From an uncultured Bdellovibrionales bacterium (GTDB lineage Bacteria; Bdellovibrionota_C; UBA2361; SZUA-149; DAOLCO01), in NCBI GenBank assembly GCA_964353175.1, contig CAYGUX010000010.1, forward strand, positions 7,995 to 71,994: a stretch of DNA of 64,000 bases. The letters are read 5' to 3'. Numbering within the stretch: the first letter of the stretch is position 1; each line of letters begins with the position of its first letter. Made by a program: the position numbers and the translations under genes. Positions 1-8,853 of this stretch are shown here, piece after piece. The notes under the pieces were generated by a model. That model did not search any database. It saw only the letters and a program-made list of their open reading frames with translations, and was not told the DNA's origin.

Positions 1-1899
1 CATTATGATTTGAAGAAGATTATTAAAGTCGTGTGCGATACCACTAGCGAGTAAAGCTAAACTCTCAAGACGTTTAGTATTTGCGACTTCTTCAAGCCAT
101 TTTTTTTCTCTTTCTTCCGTCACTTTGCGCTCCGTAATATCTGTGGATACACCAAGAACTAAATAGCGTCCATCGTGCGGATTTAAAATTGGTTTTTTAA
201 CTGTCTGTAGATATCTTACATTACCGCTACTATCAGTAATTTTTTCTTCAGGAATATTAATTTCTTTTTTACCTAGAATTACCCTAGTATCATCTTCTCT
301 AAATTTTTTAACTTCTAAGGAATCGTAGTTGTAGTCAGAATCCTTTTTTCCAATCATCCCTTCAGGAGTTGTTCCATAAACCTTACTAACACTTTCATTG
401 GCTAGTACGAAAGTACCGTCTAGAGACTTTGCAAATATAAAGGCAGGATTTAAGTCTATAACACTTTTAAACAGTTTCTTTTGTTCTTTAAGATCGTTAA
501 TCGCTTTATATTGCGTAGTTATATCTAGTACTTGCAAGAGAAAGTAGGATTGTACAGTGTTAGTTGATTCAATATTGGAGATATCTGTATAAACCTGTAA
601 GTACTCCCCCGAAGGTAGTTCAATCCGTCTATTACCTTTAGAGGTGATGTCATCAAGGTTGGAATCTGTATTTAATAGAGTCTTGGGAATAATGTTATTT
701 ATCAATTGGTGTTGACCTTCTACGAGATTGCTTAGGCTCCTATTTATTCTAATAATCTCTCCAGACTTATTGAATACGGCCATCCCAATATTTGATCCAT
801 CGAATGCACCTTTAGCAAATGCAAGGCTTTCTCTCAGAATGCTTCTAGTCTCAGCGTGTTCAAGTATAATGCTAAAGGCAGTGCGTAATTGGTCTAAAGC
901 AAACACCGTATGCTCTTCAAGCTTATTACTGGGCTTAGAAAACTCTACAGCCAGTATAAAATTCATTGAAGAATTTTTATTCTGATGGTCGGATGCTATT
1001 ATCACTGCGGATGTATTTTCCTCAGAAAGTATTTTTTTTAGGATGGAGGGTAGTCCAATGGCTAATTTATTAGTATTTGGAATCCAGAGATATTTTGAGT
1101 GGAGGGCAATTTTATGTAGATTTTGCGATTGGAAGTAGTCAAGACTATCTTCGGGATTATAAGGATTAATAGGATAGTGAGTCGCATGTTCTTGATTTAA
1201 GATGAGAGCACTGATATTTATGTTTTTAATGAGATTTGAAAATGAACTTAGTGTTTTTTTAATTAGGGTATTTAAGGAAAGATATTCTGACTTCCTACAA
1301 AGAGCTGATACTTCCCTTAGTAATATTTCATTGTTAAACGCAGATTTCTTTTTAAGTTCAAGTGAGCTAAAGGTTTGGCATACCCATCTACTACAAAGAT
1401 CTGCAAATGGAATAAGAGAAAGATTATGTAATCGACTTAATTCGGAATTATTTCTACGATCAGCGAAACTTAAAACCCCAATCATTTGTCCATTATCCCA
1501 AAGACCCAAATTTATAATTGAGTTTATTTCTATTTTTTCAAGATATTCTTGATAGAAATTTTTTGTGAGAGGATTTTCTTGAGCATTATTGATGGAGAGT
1601 ACTCTATGGTGTTTGATGGCTTCAAAATATTCAGGGAATGCCGAGATTATAATTTGTTGATTAGATGAGAAAGACCCACTAAGTCTGCTATATAGGCTTT
1701 TGCAGGTTAAAATAGTGTCTGATGGATCGAATATCCAAACTCCACACCTGTCAACATCGTAAGTATTAACAAGGGAGTAGCATAGTTTTTCTAAGGTACT
1801 GTCAAGATCATTTATGTTGCTTACTTGTACTTTGGAAAACGTCATTAGAAGATCATCAAAGGTATGGCATGAGTCATCTGATCGATATGCTTCTAACAT
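1..1899 (-). CDS. Sensor histidine kinase, N-terminal portion (GAF / PAS / HisKA); 3' end runs off the window
   Basis: Absent from the ORF track because the frame is open at the window edge. A reverse-strand ATG at 1899 opens a frame with no stop down to base 1 (633 codons). It begins MLEAYRSDDSCHTFDDLL. The last codons read TEEREKKWLEEVANTKRLESLALLASGIAHDFNNLLQIIM, which is a HisKA H-box (GIAHDFNNLL). Confidence 0.8.
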   Translation of the reverse strand, partial: MLEAYRSDDSCHTFDDLLMTFSKVQVSNINDLDSTLEKLCYSLVNTYDVDRCGVWIFDPSDTILTCKSLYSRLSGSFSSNQQIIISAFPEYFEAIKHHRVLSINNAQENPLTKNFYQEYLEKIEINSIINLGLWDNGQMIGVLSFADRRNNSELSRLHNLSLIPFADLCSRWVCQTFSSLELKKKSAFNNEILLREVSALCRKSEYLSLNTLIKKTLSSFSNLIKNINISALILNQEHATHYPINPYNPEDSLDYFQSQNLHKIALHSKYLWIPNTNKLAIGLPSILKKILSEENTSAVIIASDHQNKNSSMNFILAVEFSKPSNKLEEHTVFALDQLRTAFSIILEHAETRSILRESLAFAKGAFDGSNIGMAVFNKSGEIIRINRSLSNLVEGQHQLINNIIPKTLLNTDSNLDDITSKGNRRIELPSGEYLQVYTDISNIESTNTVQSYFLLQVLDITTQYKAINDLKEQKKLFKSVIDLNPAFIFAKSLDGTFVLANESVSKVYGTTPEGMIGKKDSDYNYDSLEVKKFREDDTRVILGKKEINIPEEKITDSSGNVRYLQTVKKPILNPHDGRYLVLGVSTDITERKVTEEREKKWLEEVANTKRLESLALLASGIAHDFNNLLQIIM

Positions 1900-2338
1900 G
1901 TTAAGCTTCTCTATATTAGCGCACGCAATATCTTACTGAAATAAGTACTATTGTGTAGCTATTCATTTTTATAGGATTATTAAATTGTATAGGTCAATGG
2001 CGACTTAATCTAATAGATAATTAATGGGATTATATTTATTTTCATGTTGAGCTAATAAATTTTGAAAAAGAATTTTTATGTTGAATTTTTTAAGACTATG
2101 TTCTTCAACAGGTGGAAAAATGTTTAGAGAGTATTTGTTATAGCTAAGGCATTAAAAGCTTTATGTATATTTACTTTTTAGGATCTTCTGTTACTAAATA
2201 ATTGAAGGACTGGATTTTGTTTAGGCTAGTATATTTATGCTGAAATAGTTGATGTCTTGGGGTGCCATCAATAATAGGTTAGGTTAACCACTTGAAGTTT
2301 TAGCAAAAAGATGGCAATAAAGCCCCCGTAAAATGAAT

Positions 2339-2414
2339 GCTGGCGTGGCTCAATTGGTAGAGCAGCTGACTTGTAATCAGCAGGTTGTAGGTTCAAGTCC
2401 TATCGCCAGCTCCA
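2339..2414 (+). tRNA. tRNA-Thr (anticodon UGU), CCA encoded
   Basis: Hand-folded cloverleaf. Acceptor GCTGGCG/CGCCAGC, D stem GCTC/GAGC, anticodon stem GCTGA/TCAGC with loop CTTGTAA, T arm GTAGG-TTCAAGT-CCTAT, then discriminator T and CCA. Confidence 0.9.
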
Positions 2415-2511
2415 TTCTACCCTTTTTGCAAGATAGAGAATCTAAAGATGTAATGAGCTAATGGCTACCAGCTAAAATTGTCCAATACGAGCTGGGCAAA
2501 AAGGGTAGAAT
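2414..2511. repeat. Perfect 16-bp inverted repeat (ATTCTACCCTTTTTGC / GCAAAAAGGGTAGAAT) enclosing a 6-bp inner stem (CCAGCT / AGCTGG)
   Basis: Left arm 2414-2429 starts on the last base of the tRNA-Thr CCA. Right arm is 2496-2511. The inner stem is 2468-2473 / 2490-2495, and its right half is contiguous with the right arm. Confidence 0.7.
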
Positions 2512-2610
2512 CACTAAAAAATCTCCCACTAAAGTTCATCGATCATTTCAAAGCCAGTTGCGATGAATCTCGATATATCTTATTAACACTCAGTATTAAT
2601 CTACTAATAT

Positions 2611-2687
2611 GCGTCCTTAGCTCAGCTGGATAGAGCAACTGGCTTCGAACCAGTAGGTCAGGGGTTCGAGTCCCTTAGGGCGCACCA
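2611..2687 (+). tRNA. tRNA-Arg (anticodon UCG), CCA encoded
   Basis: Hand-folded cloverleaf. Acceptor GCGTCCT/AGGGCGC, D stem GCTC/GAGC, anticodon stem ACTGG/CCAGT with loop CTTCGAA, T arm AGGGG-TTCGAGT-CCCTT, then discriminator A and CCA. Confidence 0.9.
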
Positions 2688-2973
2688 GTAATATTTCAAT
2701 CATTTGGAACTTAGAGTTTCCCTTTATTCGAATTTAGCGGAATGGGCGCGGGTTCTCTATAAATTTATACCACTTATCTTTCCCCTAGTCTGCCGAGGCA
2801 CAATATCCCTTGAATCGAATATTTACTTCTTTGACCTTTTCATTGTAATGTTTTCATAATTGATATCGAGTAGAAGGTGTATTTCTCTGGCTAGGCATTT
2901 AGAGCCTTCTTGCTGTTCGTGCGTGGTTAGAAGAGTAGGTTTTTTAATTCTTTTTCCTGAAAGGGGAGCTAAG

Positions 2974-3678
2974 ATGAGTTCTAAAAAATCGAATTTATGG
3001 AACCCTTTTGACGGATTCGTTGTATGCGTTAGTAATCCATGGAAAATTGCTGAGTACAAACGAATTTTAGGGGTAGAATTTGAGTATAAAAAACGCTTTG
3101 TAACTAAATCCGGAAGTAGAAGTAGGAGAGATTGTTCGATTTCAAGTGATGTAGTTAGCATGCCATTGGTGAGTGAACTTTTGCATGATCGCACATCAAT
3201 TTGTGAGACTCACGAGTCCAAGGGGCAGTACGAAGATCTTGGACGAGTCGTTGCTCTTAAAAAAGCTCTGTGGTTTTATAAAATGGTAAATAGACCTCTT
3301 ATAGTAGAGGCTGTGCATCTATGTGTACCTGGGTTATCTGGATTCCCGGGCCATCTCACTGAGGAAATGGAAGGAAACAATGAGACCTTAGTTCAGATGG
3401 TAAAAGACGAAGTCTGTAATCGGGGAGGTAACAAGGCCGTTGCGATTGCCACGCTTCTGGCATTGAGTGGAGTTGAGCACGAAAATCCTTTAGGCGTTCA
3501 GGTTCGTCATGGAGTGGTAGATGGTACTATCGTCGTTCCAGATAGAAGTGGTACGGGCTTTGGATGGGATGAGATTTTTGTTCCTGACGGCTCTCCAGAT
3601 GGCAAAACATTTCAACAGCTTGGTAAATTTGATTTTATGGTGACAGTATTGGTGGCTAGGATGGTCGCTTATAATTAA
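2974..3678 (+). CDS. Divergent HAM1/RdgB-like nucleoside-triphosphate pyrophosphatase (putative)
   Basis: The C-terminal motif GFGWDEIFVPDG..KTFQQLG resembles the ITPase family GFGYDPIF..g.kTfAEm. I prefer the internal ATG at 2974 (MSSKKSNLW), preceded by AAGGGGA, over the track start at 2860. Confidence 0.5.
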   Translation: MSSKKSNLWNPFDGFVVCVSNPWKIAEYKRILGVEFEYKKRFVTKSGSRSRRDCSISSDVVSMPLVSELLHDRTSICETHESKGQYEDLGRVVALKKALWFYKMVNRPLIVEAVHLCVPGLSGFPGHLTEEMEGNNETLVQMVKDEVCNRGGNKAVAIATLLALSGVEHENPLGVQVRHGVVDGTIVVPDRSGTGFGWDEIFVPDGSPDGKTFQQLGKFDFMVTVLVARMVAYN

Positions 3679-4499
3679 GAGTTCTTTCTTACTGTTGAGG
3701 CTATTTGCCAAGATACCTTGTCTATAGTCGTGTTCTCAGGCCATACTTTAGCTTTTAGAAGCCTAGCATAAGCTTTTTTTAGGATGGCCTCTGGATATGT
3801 CTTAAATAGTTCTTTACTAACCTTTATTGCCACCTTTTCATTTCTAAGACAAACTTTTAGCCCTTTATTTATTGCCACCATAAATTTTTTAACTGCCTCA
3901 GGATTTTCTTCTAATAGATTCTTGGAATGTGTAATCCCTGTAAACGCAAAGTCTTTATAGTAGTCCGCTAACGAAAATACAGGTTTAATCCCATAAGATT
4001 CAGCTAAAGAAACCATGGGCTCTAATTCTAAAATTACATCAGCCTTGTTTGATGAAAGTAGTGTTTGTTGATTCCCTATAGGTGCTTCAATAATTTTTAG
4101 TGATTTGAGTAGTCTTTTGTTTTTCTCTTTCAAAGCTTTGATTAGTGAATAGGTGGTTGCAGGGGAGGGGAGTGAGCCAATTCTTAGGCCAACTAAATCC
4201 TCTAGACGAGTAATTTTTTTTATCGCAGGATTATGACTAATCCCCCAGATACCAATTCTATTTACTACGATGCCTGAGCAAAGGACTTTTTCATTTTCAA
4301 TACTAAATAGTGGATCGCTAATAGCAAAATCAACCTTACCTTTTAATACTGCTTTATAAACATCTTGGTCATTGCCACTATATATGGTTTGAACATCAAG
4401 CCCTCGCTTTTCAAAAATACCAGTATTTATGGCTATATAATATGGTAGATATAGTAAATGTGGATATCCCCAGTGGCCTACTTTGATTTCTAGATTCAA
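3675..4499 (-). CDS. NMT1/SsuA-type substrate-binding-protein homolog without a signal peptide
   Basis: The sequence LYLPYYIAINTGIFEKRGLDVQTIYSGNDQDVYKAVLKGKVDFAISDP is typical of nitrate/sulfonate/bicarbonate-family SBPs. It is a clear paralog of the 4844-5842 protein. TTG start. The upstream in-frame stop is 11 codons before it, so there is no room for a leader peptide. Confidence 0.7.
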   Translation of the reverse strand: MNLEIKVGHWGYPHLLYLPYYIAINTGIFEKRGLDVQTIYSGNDQDVYKAVLKGKVDFAISDPLFSIENEKVLCSGIVVNRIGIWGISHNPAIKKITRLEDLVGLRIGSLPSPATTYSLIKALKEKNKRLLKSLKIIEAPIGNQQTLLSSNKADVILELEPMVSLAESYGIKPVFSLADYYKDFAFTGITHSKNLLEENPEAVKKFMVAINKGLKVCLRNEKVAIKVSKELFKTYPEAILKKAYARLLKAKVWPENTTIDKVSWQIASTVRKNS

Positions 4500-4534
4500 T
4501 ATACAAACCCTAAACTTGACTAATTTGCGCTACT

Positions 4535-4843
4535 ATGTTAAATGTATCAAAAAAGATACATTTTGGCAATGGAAATATGGACATCTCAAAAAAAAATCAA
4601 CTCATAGAAGACTTCGTACAAATTAATTCTCCTGTTACCCTGAAACAGATGCTTTCATATCAAATTGAAAGAGAAATGGCTTATCAGGGTATTAGCAGGG
4701 TTAAAATGGCAAAACTTATGGAGACAAGTCGTGCGGTGATTAACAGGCTTTTAGATCCCTCACATTCTTCCGTTACCTTAAGCACTCTAGAGAAGGCTGG
4801 GAAAGTTTTAAACAAAAAATGGCATATATATTTGGAGGGTTAA
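4535..4843 (+). CDS. Small XRE-like helix-turn-helix protein
   Basis: GISRVKMAKLMETSRAVINRLLDPSHSSVTLSTLEKAGKVLNKK matches the HTH plus C-terminal pattern of small XRE/antitoxin-type DNA-binding proteins. The stop abuts the start of the next gene. Confidence 0.55.
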   Translation: MLNVSKKIHFGNGNMDISKKNQLIEDFVQINSPVTLKQMLSYQIEREMAYQGISRVKMAKLMETSRAVINRLLDPSHSSVTLSTLEKAGKVLNKKWHIYLEG

Positions 4844-5842
4844 ATGAGAGCAGTTTATTTTGTATTGGTATTTTCTATCCTAAGTTGCATCTCTTGTTCG
4901 AAGGACTCGAATTTAAATGAAAAACTTAAAAAAATACGGATAGCGCAATTCGGTAAGGCTAAGTTCTTACTTTATTTACCCCTATACGTCGCAATGGAAG
5001 AAGACCTTTTTAAGAAACGTGGGATTGATGTAGATTTAATTTTTGCTGGGAACGATGACCAAGTATTCGCGACGGTGATTAGTGGTGAAGCCGATTTCGG
5101 TGTTGGAGATCCCGTTTTTACCGCCTTAGCTTCGGAAAAGGGAATTAAAGCTAAGACAGTTGCCATGTTAATCACTAATTTAGGTCTAACGGGTTATACA
5201 AATAAGCTTGAGGTACCAGAAATTAGAGATCGAATTGATCTAAAAGGTCTTAGAGTCGCTTCTCTACCAGAGCCATCTACTACATTTACATTACTTAGCG
5301 AATTAAAGCGGAGTAATTTGGAACTTGATAGTATGAAGATTGTCCAAGGTGCTTTCGGTACTCATTTAGCAATGTTGGAGGCTGGGAAAGTTGATATTGC
5401 AATAGACTTAGAACCTACTGTCTCAGAAGTAGAAGAAAAAGGTTATCGAATAGTTTTTCCTCTGACTCCGTTTATAGAGAGGCAGGTAATTACGGGACTT
5501 ACTACAACTTCCGAAAATATAGACAACAATCCCGATGTTGTGCAAAGTGTTGTTGAAGCTTTACAGGAAGCTATAAGTTTAATGTTTTTAAATAGAGATG
5601 TTCCCTATCTTACAGCTAAGAAACTCTATCCGAGTCTTTCAGAAAAAGTTATCAGAAATGCTGTAGATCGTATGATGAATGATGCGATGTATCCAGAGTC
5701 CTTGGTGGTGGATGATATCCTTTGGCAAAGGACATTAAAAACGAGAATAGACAGTGGTGAGTTGAAAGAGATGCAGGCGATAGATGTTGCAGTGGATAAT
5801 ACGTTCGCAATAAGAGCGGTAGAAAGTCGTACGGACAATTAA
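4844..5842 (+). CDS. ABC transporter substrate-binding lipoprotein (NMT1/SsuA family)
   Basis: Lipobox SILSCISC, then the NMT1-like core LYLPLYVAMEEDLFKKRGIDVDLIFAGNDDQVFATVISGEADFGVGDP. It heads an SBP-ATPase-permease operon. Confidence 0.8.
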   Translation: MRAVYFVLVFSILSCISCSKDSNLNEKLKKIRIAQFGKAKFLLYLPLYVAMEEDLFKKRGIDVDLIFAGNDDQVFATVISGEADFGVGDPVFTALASEKGIKAKTVAMLITNLGLTGYTNKLEVPEIRDRIDLKGLRVASLPEPSTTFTLLSELKRSNLELDSMKIVQGAFGTHLAMLEAGKVDIAIDLEPTVSEVEEKGYRIVFPLTPFIERQVITGLTTTSENIDNNPDVVQSVVEALQEAISLMFLNRDVPYLTAKKLYPSLSEKVIRNAVDRMMNDAMYPESLVVDDILWQRTLKTRIDSGELKEMQAIDVAVDNTFAIRAVESRTDN

Positions 5843-5843
5843 G

Positions 5844-6542
5844 ATGATAGAAGTTTCCAATATAAGTTTCAGTTATGATTCCTATAAAGTATTAAGTAAT
5901 ATTGACTTTCAGTTAAAACCTGGGGAAACAACTTGTTTGCTTGGTAGAAGCGGCATTGGAAAGACCACCTTATTAAACATTCTGGTAGGACTTTCTGAAC
6001 CGAGTTTCGGTGTGGTTAGGGCTCCTTTTACCAGGCCTAGTAGTAGCGTCGCTTATCTCAATCAAAATGCTGGACTACTACCTTGGCGCACAGCGGAAGA
6101 AAATATAAATTTATCTGGTGAATTATTGAATATTGCATTAGATCCCGATCAAATCAAGGCATTGATAGATATATTAGGCCTAAGATCTCATTTAAGGAAG
6201 TATCCTGATCAACTCTCAGGTGGAGAGCTTCAGAGGTTTGCTCTGATTCAACGTCTTATTCTTTCGCCTAATCTACTAGTACTAGATGAACCTTTCGGAG
6301 CACTTGATATAATTCTTAGAAGAGAACTTTCATTATTAATTGGAGAAATTGTTAAAACTCGACAGATATACTCATTGGTTGTCACTCATCAACCAGAAGA
6401 TGCCCTTTTTTTGGCCAGCGAGATTCTTATTTTATCGAGGGAATTTCCAGAAAGTGGCGCCGTCATTTCAAAAAGGATGAAGAGGGAAGTTGATTTCAAT
6501 GAAAGTTCTTCATATCTGATGTTCGTAGAGGCAATGGCATGA
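5844..6542 (+). CDS. ABC transporter ATP-binding protein (SsuB/TauB-like)
   Basis: Walker A GRSGIGKT, ABC signature LSGGELQR, Walker B LLVLDEP. Confidence 0.9.
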   Translation: MIEVSNISFSYDSYKVLSNIDFQLKPGETTCLLGRSGIGKTTLLNILVGLSEPSFGVVRAPFTRPSSSVAYLNQNAGLLPWRTAEENINLSGELLNIALDPDQIKALIDILGLRSHLRKYPDQLSGGELQRFALIQRLILSPNLLVLDEPFGALDIILRRELSLLIGEIVKTRQIYSLVVTHQPEDALFLASEILILSREFPESGAVISKRMKREVDFNESSSYLMFVEAMA

Positions 6543-7291
6543 GTAATCGTGTAATCTTCATTAGAACTCTTGTACCTGGGATTGTCTTCTTGTTATTTTG
6601 GGAGGCTCTATCTTTTGAAGATTCATATAGACTGTTTTTTTATAGCGCCCCTTCTAAGGTGTTTCTTACTTTTTTGAGGGACGTTCAGAATATAGAGTTC
6701 TGGGTGAACATCTGGTACACATGTTTTGCTGCCGTGCTTGGGTTGTTTATTGGGACGATATTAGGTTCATTTTGTGGAGTGTGTTTTTGGATCAGGCCAG
6801 GATTAAAGAGAGTATTTAATCCATACTTAACTTTCCTTGGAGCTATTCCTATATTTGCTTTTGCTCCTATGTTGATTGTTTGGTTTGGTATTGGCATTTT
6901 GTCAAAAATAGTTATGGCCTCTCTTTCTGTTGTGTTAGTTTCACTCGTCCAGGCTTACGAAGGTGCGAGTTCCGTTGCCAAAACTCATTTAATCTTTGCC
7001 CGTACTTTAGGAGTAACTAATAGAAATGTGCTTAGATTTATAATATTGCCCGGTGCATTTAGGCATGTACTCTCGGGTCTAAAATTAAATATTGGTTTTT
7101 CAATTATGGGAACTTTTATAGCGGAATTTATAAGTTCAGAGCATGGCATAGGGCATTATATTCTGAAAGCAGGTGGGACGTACGACACTCCTCGAGTTTT
7201 TGTGGGGATCTTGACTCTAGGATTAATAAGTTTATTAGGGCAGGGCCTTATTGAATTGTTAGGCCCCAAGAACCGCAGTGTTATTAATTAA
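6539..7291 (+). CDS. ABC transporter permease (SsuC/TauC-like)
   Basis: Multi-pass hydrophobic protein with a BPD-type permease pattern. Its start overlaps the ATPase stop by 4 nt (ATGA). Confidence 0.85.
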   Translation: MSNRVIFIRTLVPGIVFLLFWEALSFEDSYRLFFYSAPSKVFLTFLRDVQNIEFWVNIWYTCFAAVLGLFIGTILGSFCGVCFWIRPGLKRVFNPYLTFLGAIPIFAFAPMLIVWFGIGILSKIVMASLSVVLVSLVQAYEGASSVAKTHLIFARTLGVTNRNVLRFIILPGAFRHVLSGLKLNIGFSIMGTFIAEFISSEHGIGHYILKAGGTYDTPRVFVGILTLGLISLLGQGLIELLGPKNRSVIN

Positions 7292-7302
7292 GTCTAGGTT
7301 CT

Positions 7303-8193
7303 TTAGAAATTTAAAAACATCGCACTCGCCACTAATGAAAATATCAGTAGTGTCTTACCAATACAGGTGAGCATTTTATTGAATTCAATGCCAGTTTGAA
7401 GACTATTGAATTTAAGCGAAAGATTAAAGAAAATTATTGCAGTAACTGATGTGAATACAACTAATTGCCAGTTTTTTATAAATTTTAGGTTGGTTATTAG
7501 TAGAGGAAATATTAAACATATTGCAAATAGGCTATTTGCAAAGGTTCTTCCGTAGATACTAACTAGGGTTTTTTTATTTGTACTTCTATCTTCTTCCAAG
7601 TCTCTCGTATTGTTTACCACTAAGAGTGCGCTTGCAATTCCTCCTAACATAAATCCAAAATATAATCCTAGTTGGGAGTAGTCTCCGGTAAGCATGTACT
7701 CTGTTCCGCATACCGCAATTGGCCCAAAAAAAATAAATACAAATATTTCACCAAGTCCATTATAGGCAAGAGGGTAGGGTCCTGCGGTGTAACAGTAGGC
7801 ACCAAGTATGGATAGAACTCCAATAATGAGAATTGGTATTCCTCCTTTAGTAACAATATACCAACCTAATATGAGTATGAGGATGGTGATAAAGTATATA
7901 GCCTTCGTCATGGCTCTATCGCTGATCATGCCACTTTGCAGTACTCTTTTTGGACCAATTCTTTTAGTTGTATCTTTGCCCTTTCTAAAGTCATATAAAT
8001 CATTAACATAGTTTGTTAATATTTGAATCAGGATAGCTGCCAATAGAATGGGGAAGGCAATACTTAGGTCAGGAAGTGTGTTAAGTCTCGTATAGGATAG
8101 ACTAAATCCTAGCAGGACTGGTGATATTGATGCAGTCAGGGTTTTGGGCCTAGATCCAATGACCAGCGCTTTAAGTATAGATGTCATGTTCAA
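7303..8193 (-). CDS. menA: 1,4-dihydroxy-2-naphthoate polyprenyltransferase (UbiA family)
   Basis: Polytopic membrane protein carrying the UbiA/MenA motif NYVNDLYDFRKGKD and a second Asp-rich region NNTRDLEEDR. Confidence 0.8.
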   Translation of the reverse strand: MNMTSILKALVIGSRPKTLTASISPVLLGFSLSYTRLNTLPDLSIAFPILLAAILIQILTNYVNDLYDFRKGKDTTKRIGPKRVLQSGMISDRAMTKAIYFITILILILGWYIVTKGGIPILIIGVLSILGAYCYTAGPYPLAYNGLGEIFVFIFFGPIAVCGTEYMLTGDYSQLGLYFGFMLGGIASALLVVNNTRDLEEDRSTNKKTLVSIYGRTFANSLFAICLIFPLLITNLKFIKNWQLVVFTSVTAIIFFNLSLKFNSLQTGIEFNKMLTCIGKTLLIFSLVASAMFLNF

Positions 8194-8200
8194 GTATTTG

Positions 8201-8245
8201 AAAAAGATAATGCTGTAATATGAGTGAGGCTCATATTACAGCATT
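8201..8245 (-). terminator. Rho-independent terminator closing the minus-strand arm of the T4SS-like locus
   Basis: Perfect 16-bp stem (8209-8224 / 8230-8245) with a 5-nt loop, followed on the minus strand by a U-rich stretch (plus-strand AAAAAG, 8201-8206). It lies 30 nt past the stop of the 175-aa gene. Confidence 0.65.
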
Positions 8246-8274
8246 CTATCTGGCTTCGCTACTGCAACTGTAAC

Positions 8275-8802
8275 TTAAGCATCAAATCGAGATACTTCGC
8301 TATCATCTACTACAATAGATCGTTTGCCCACACCATTTTGAGCACCAGAGATAATGTCACCGTATAGTGGAGAGCAGGACATAGTAAGAACTGCATTACA
8401 TGCAAGCTCTATGCAAAGAAGATCTCTTGGCCCAAGCTTAATCCTTCTTCTCTCTTCTTCGCTTCTACCTGAGATGATTCTAAGCCAGCAAACCTCTTCA
8501 CCTGTTAAAGCACCTTGTGCACCTTTAGGTTTGTCTCTATAGAGTCTGATAAGGATATCTCCACTATCGTCTTTCATGATTATACCTTCATCTAATGACT
8601 CAACGCCATATAGAAAAGCTCTTGATGTAGCCCATATCCCACCAACGGCCTGTATTGGAACCGCTATGTCACATGCTCCTAAAGAGTCTGGTTGTGGTTC
8701 ATTTTTTACCTTAGGGATGTAAACCAATCTTAAGCCAATTGGTTCAGGAATCAATTGTAGTGTTCCAAAAGACTTTGCTATTGTAAAATGCATTCCGCTC
8801 AT
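8275..8802 (-). CDS. Hypothetical cytoplasmic protein (175 aa), last gene of the coupling-protein operon
   Basis: Track ORF with no signal peptide or TM segment. It has a cysteine cluster CIELACNAVLTMSC. It sits 51 nt downstream of the T4CP gene. Confidence 0.55.
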   Translation of the reverse strand: MSGMHFTIAKSFGTLQLIPEPIGLRLVYIPKVKNEPQPDSLGACDIAVPIQAVGGIWATSRAFLYGVESLDEGIIMKDDSGDILIRLYRDKPKGAQGALTGEEVCWLRIISGRSEEERRRIKLGPRDLLCIELACNAVLTMSCSPLYGDIISGAQNGVGKRSIVVDDSEVSRFDA

Positions 8803-8853
8803 AGTTTTCCTTCTCCGTTTTGTTAAACCTAATATTTGCTATTTATAAAGCAT

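Noticed and set aside
728-1552. Plus-strand track ORFs 728-985 and 1202-1552.
   Set aside because: They lie antisense inside the long, motif-supported minus-strand histidine kinase frame and have low-complexity, stop-avoiding composition. They are shadow ORFs.
2823-3194. Minus-strand 123-aa ORF, and the 5' extension (2860-2973) of the HAM1-like ORF.
   Set aside because: There are no motifs and no RBS. The ORF overlaps the better-supported plus-strand gene, whose ATG at 2974 has an AAGGGGA RBS.
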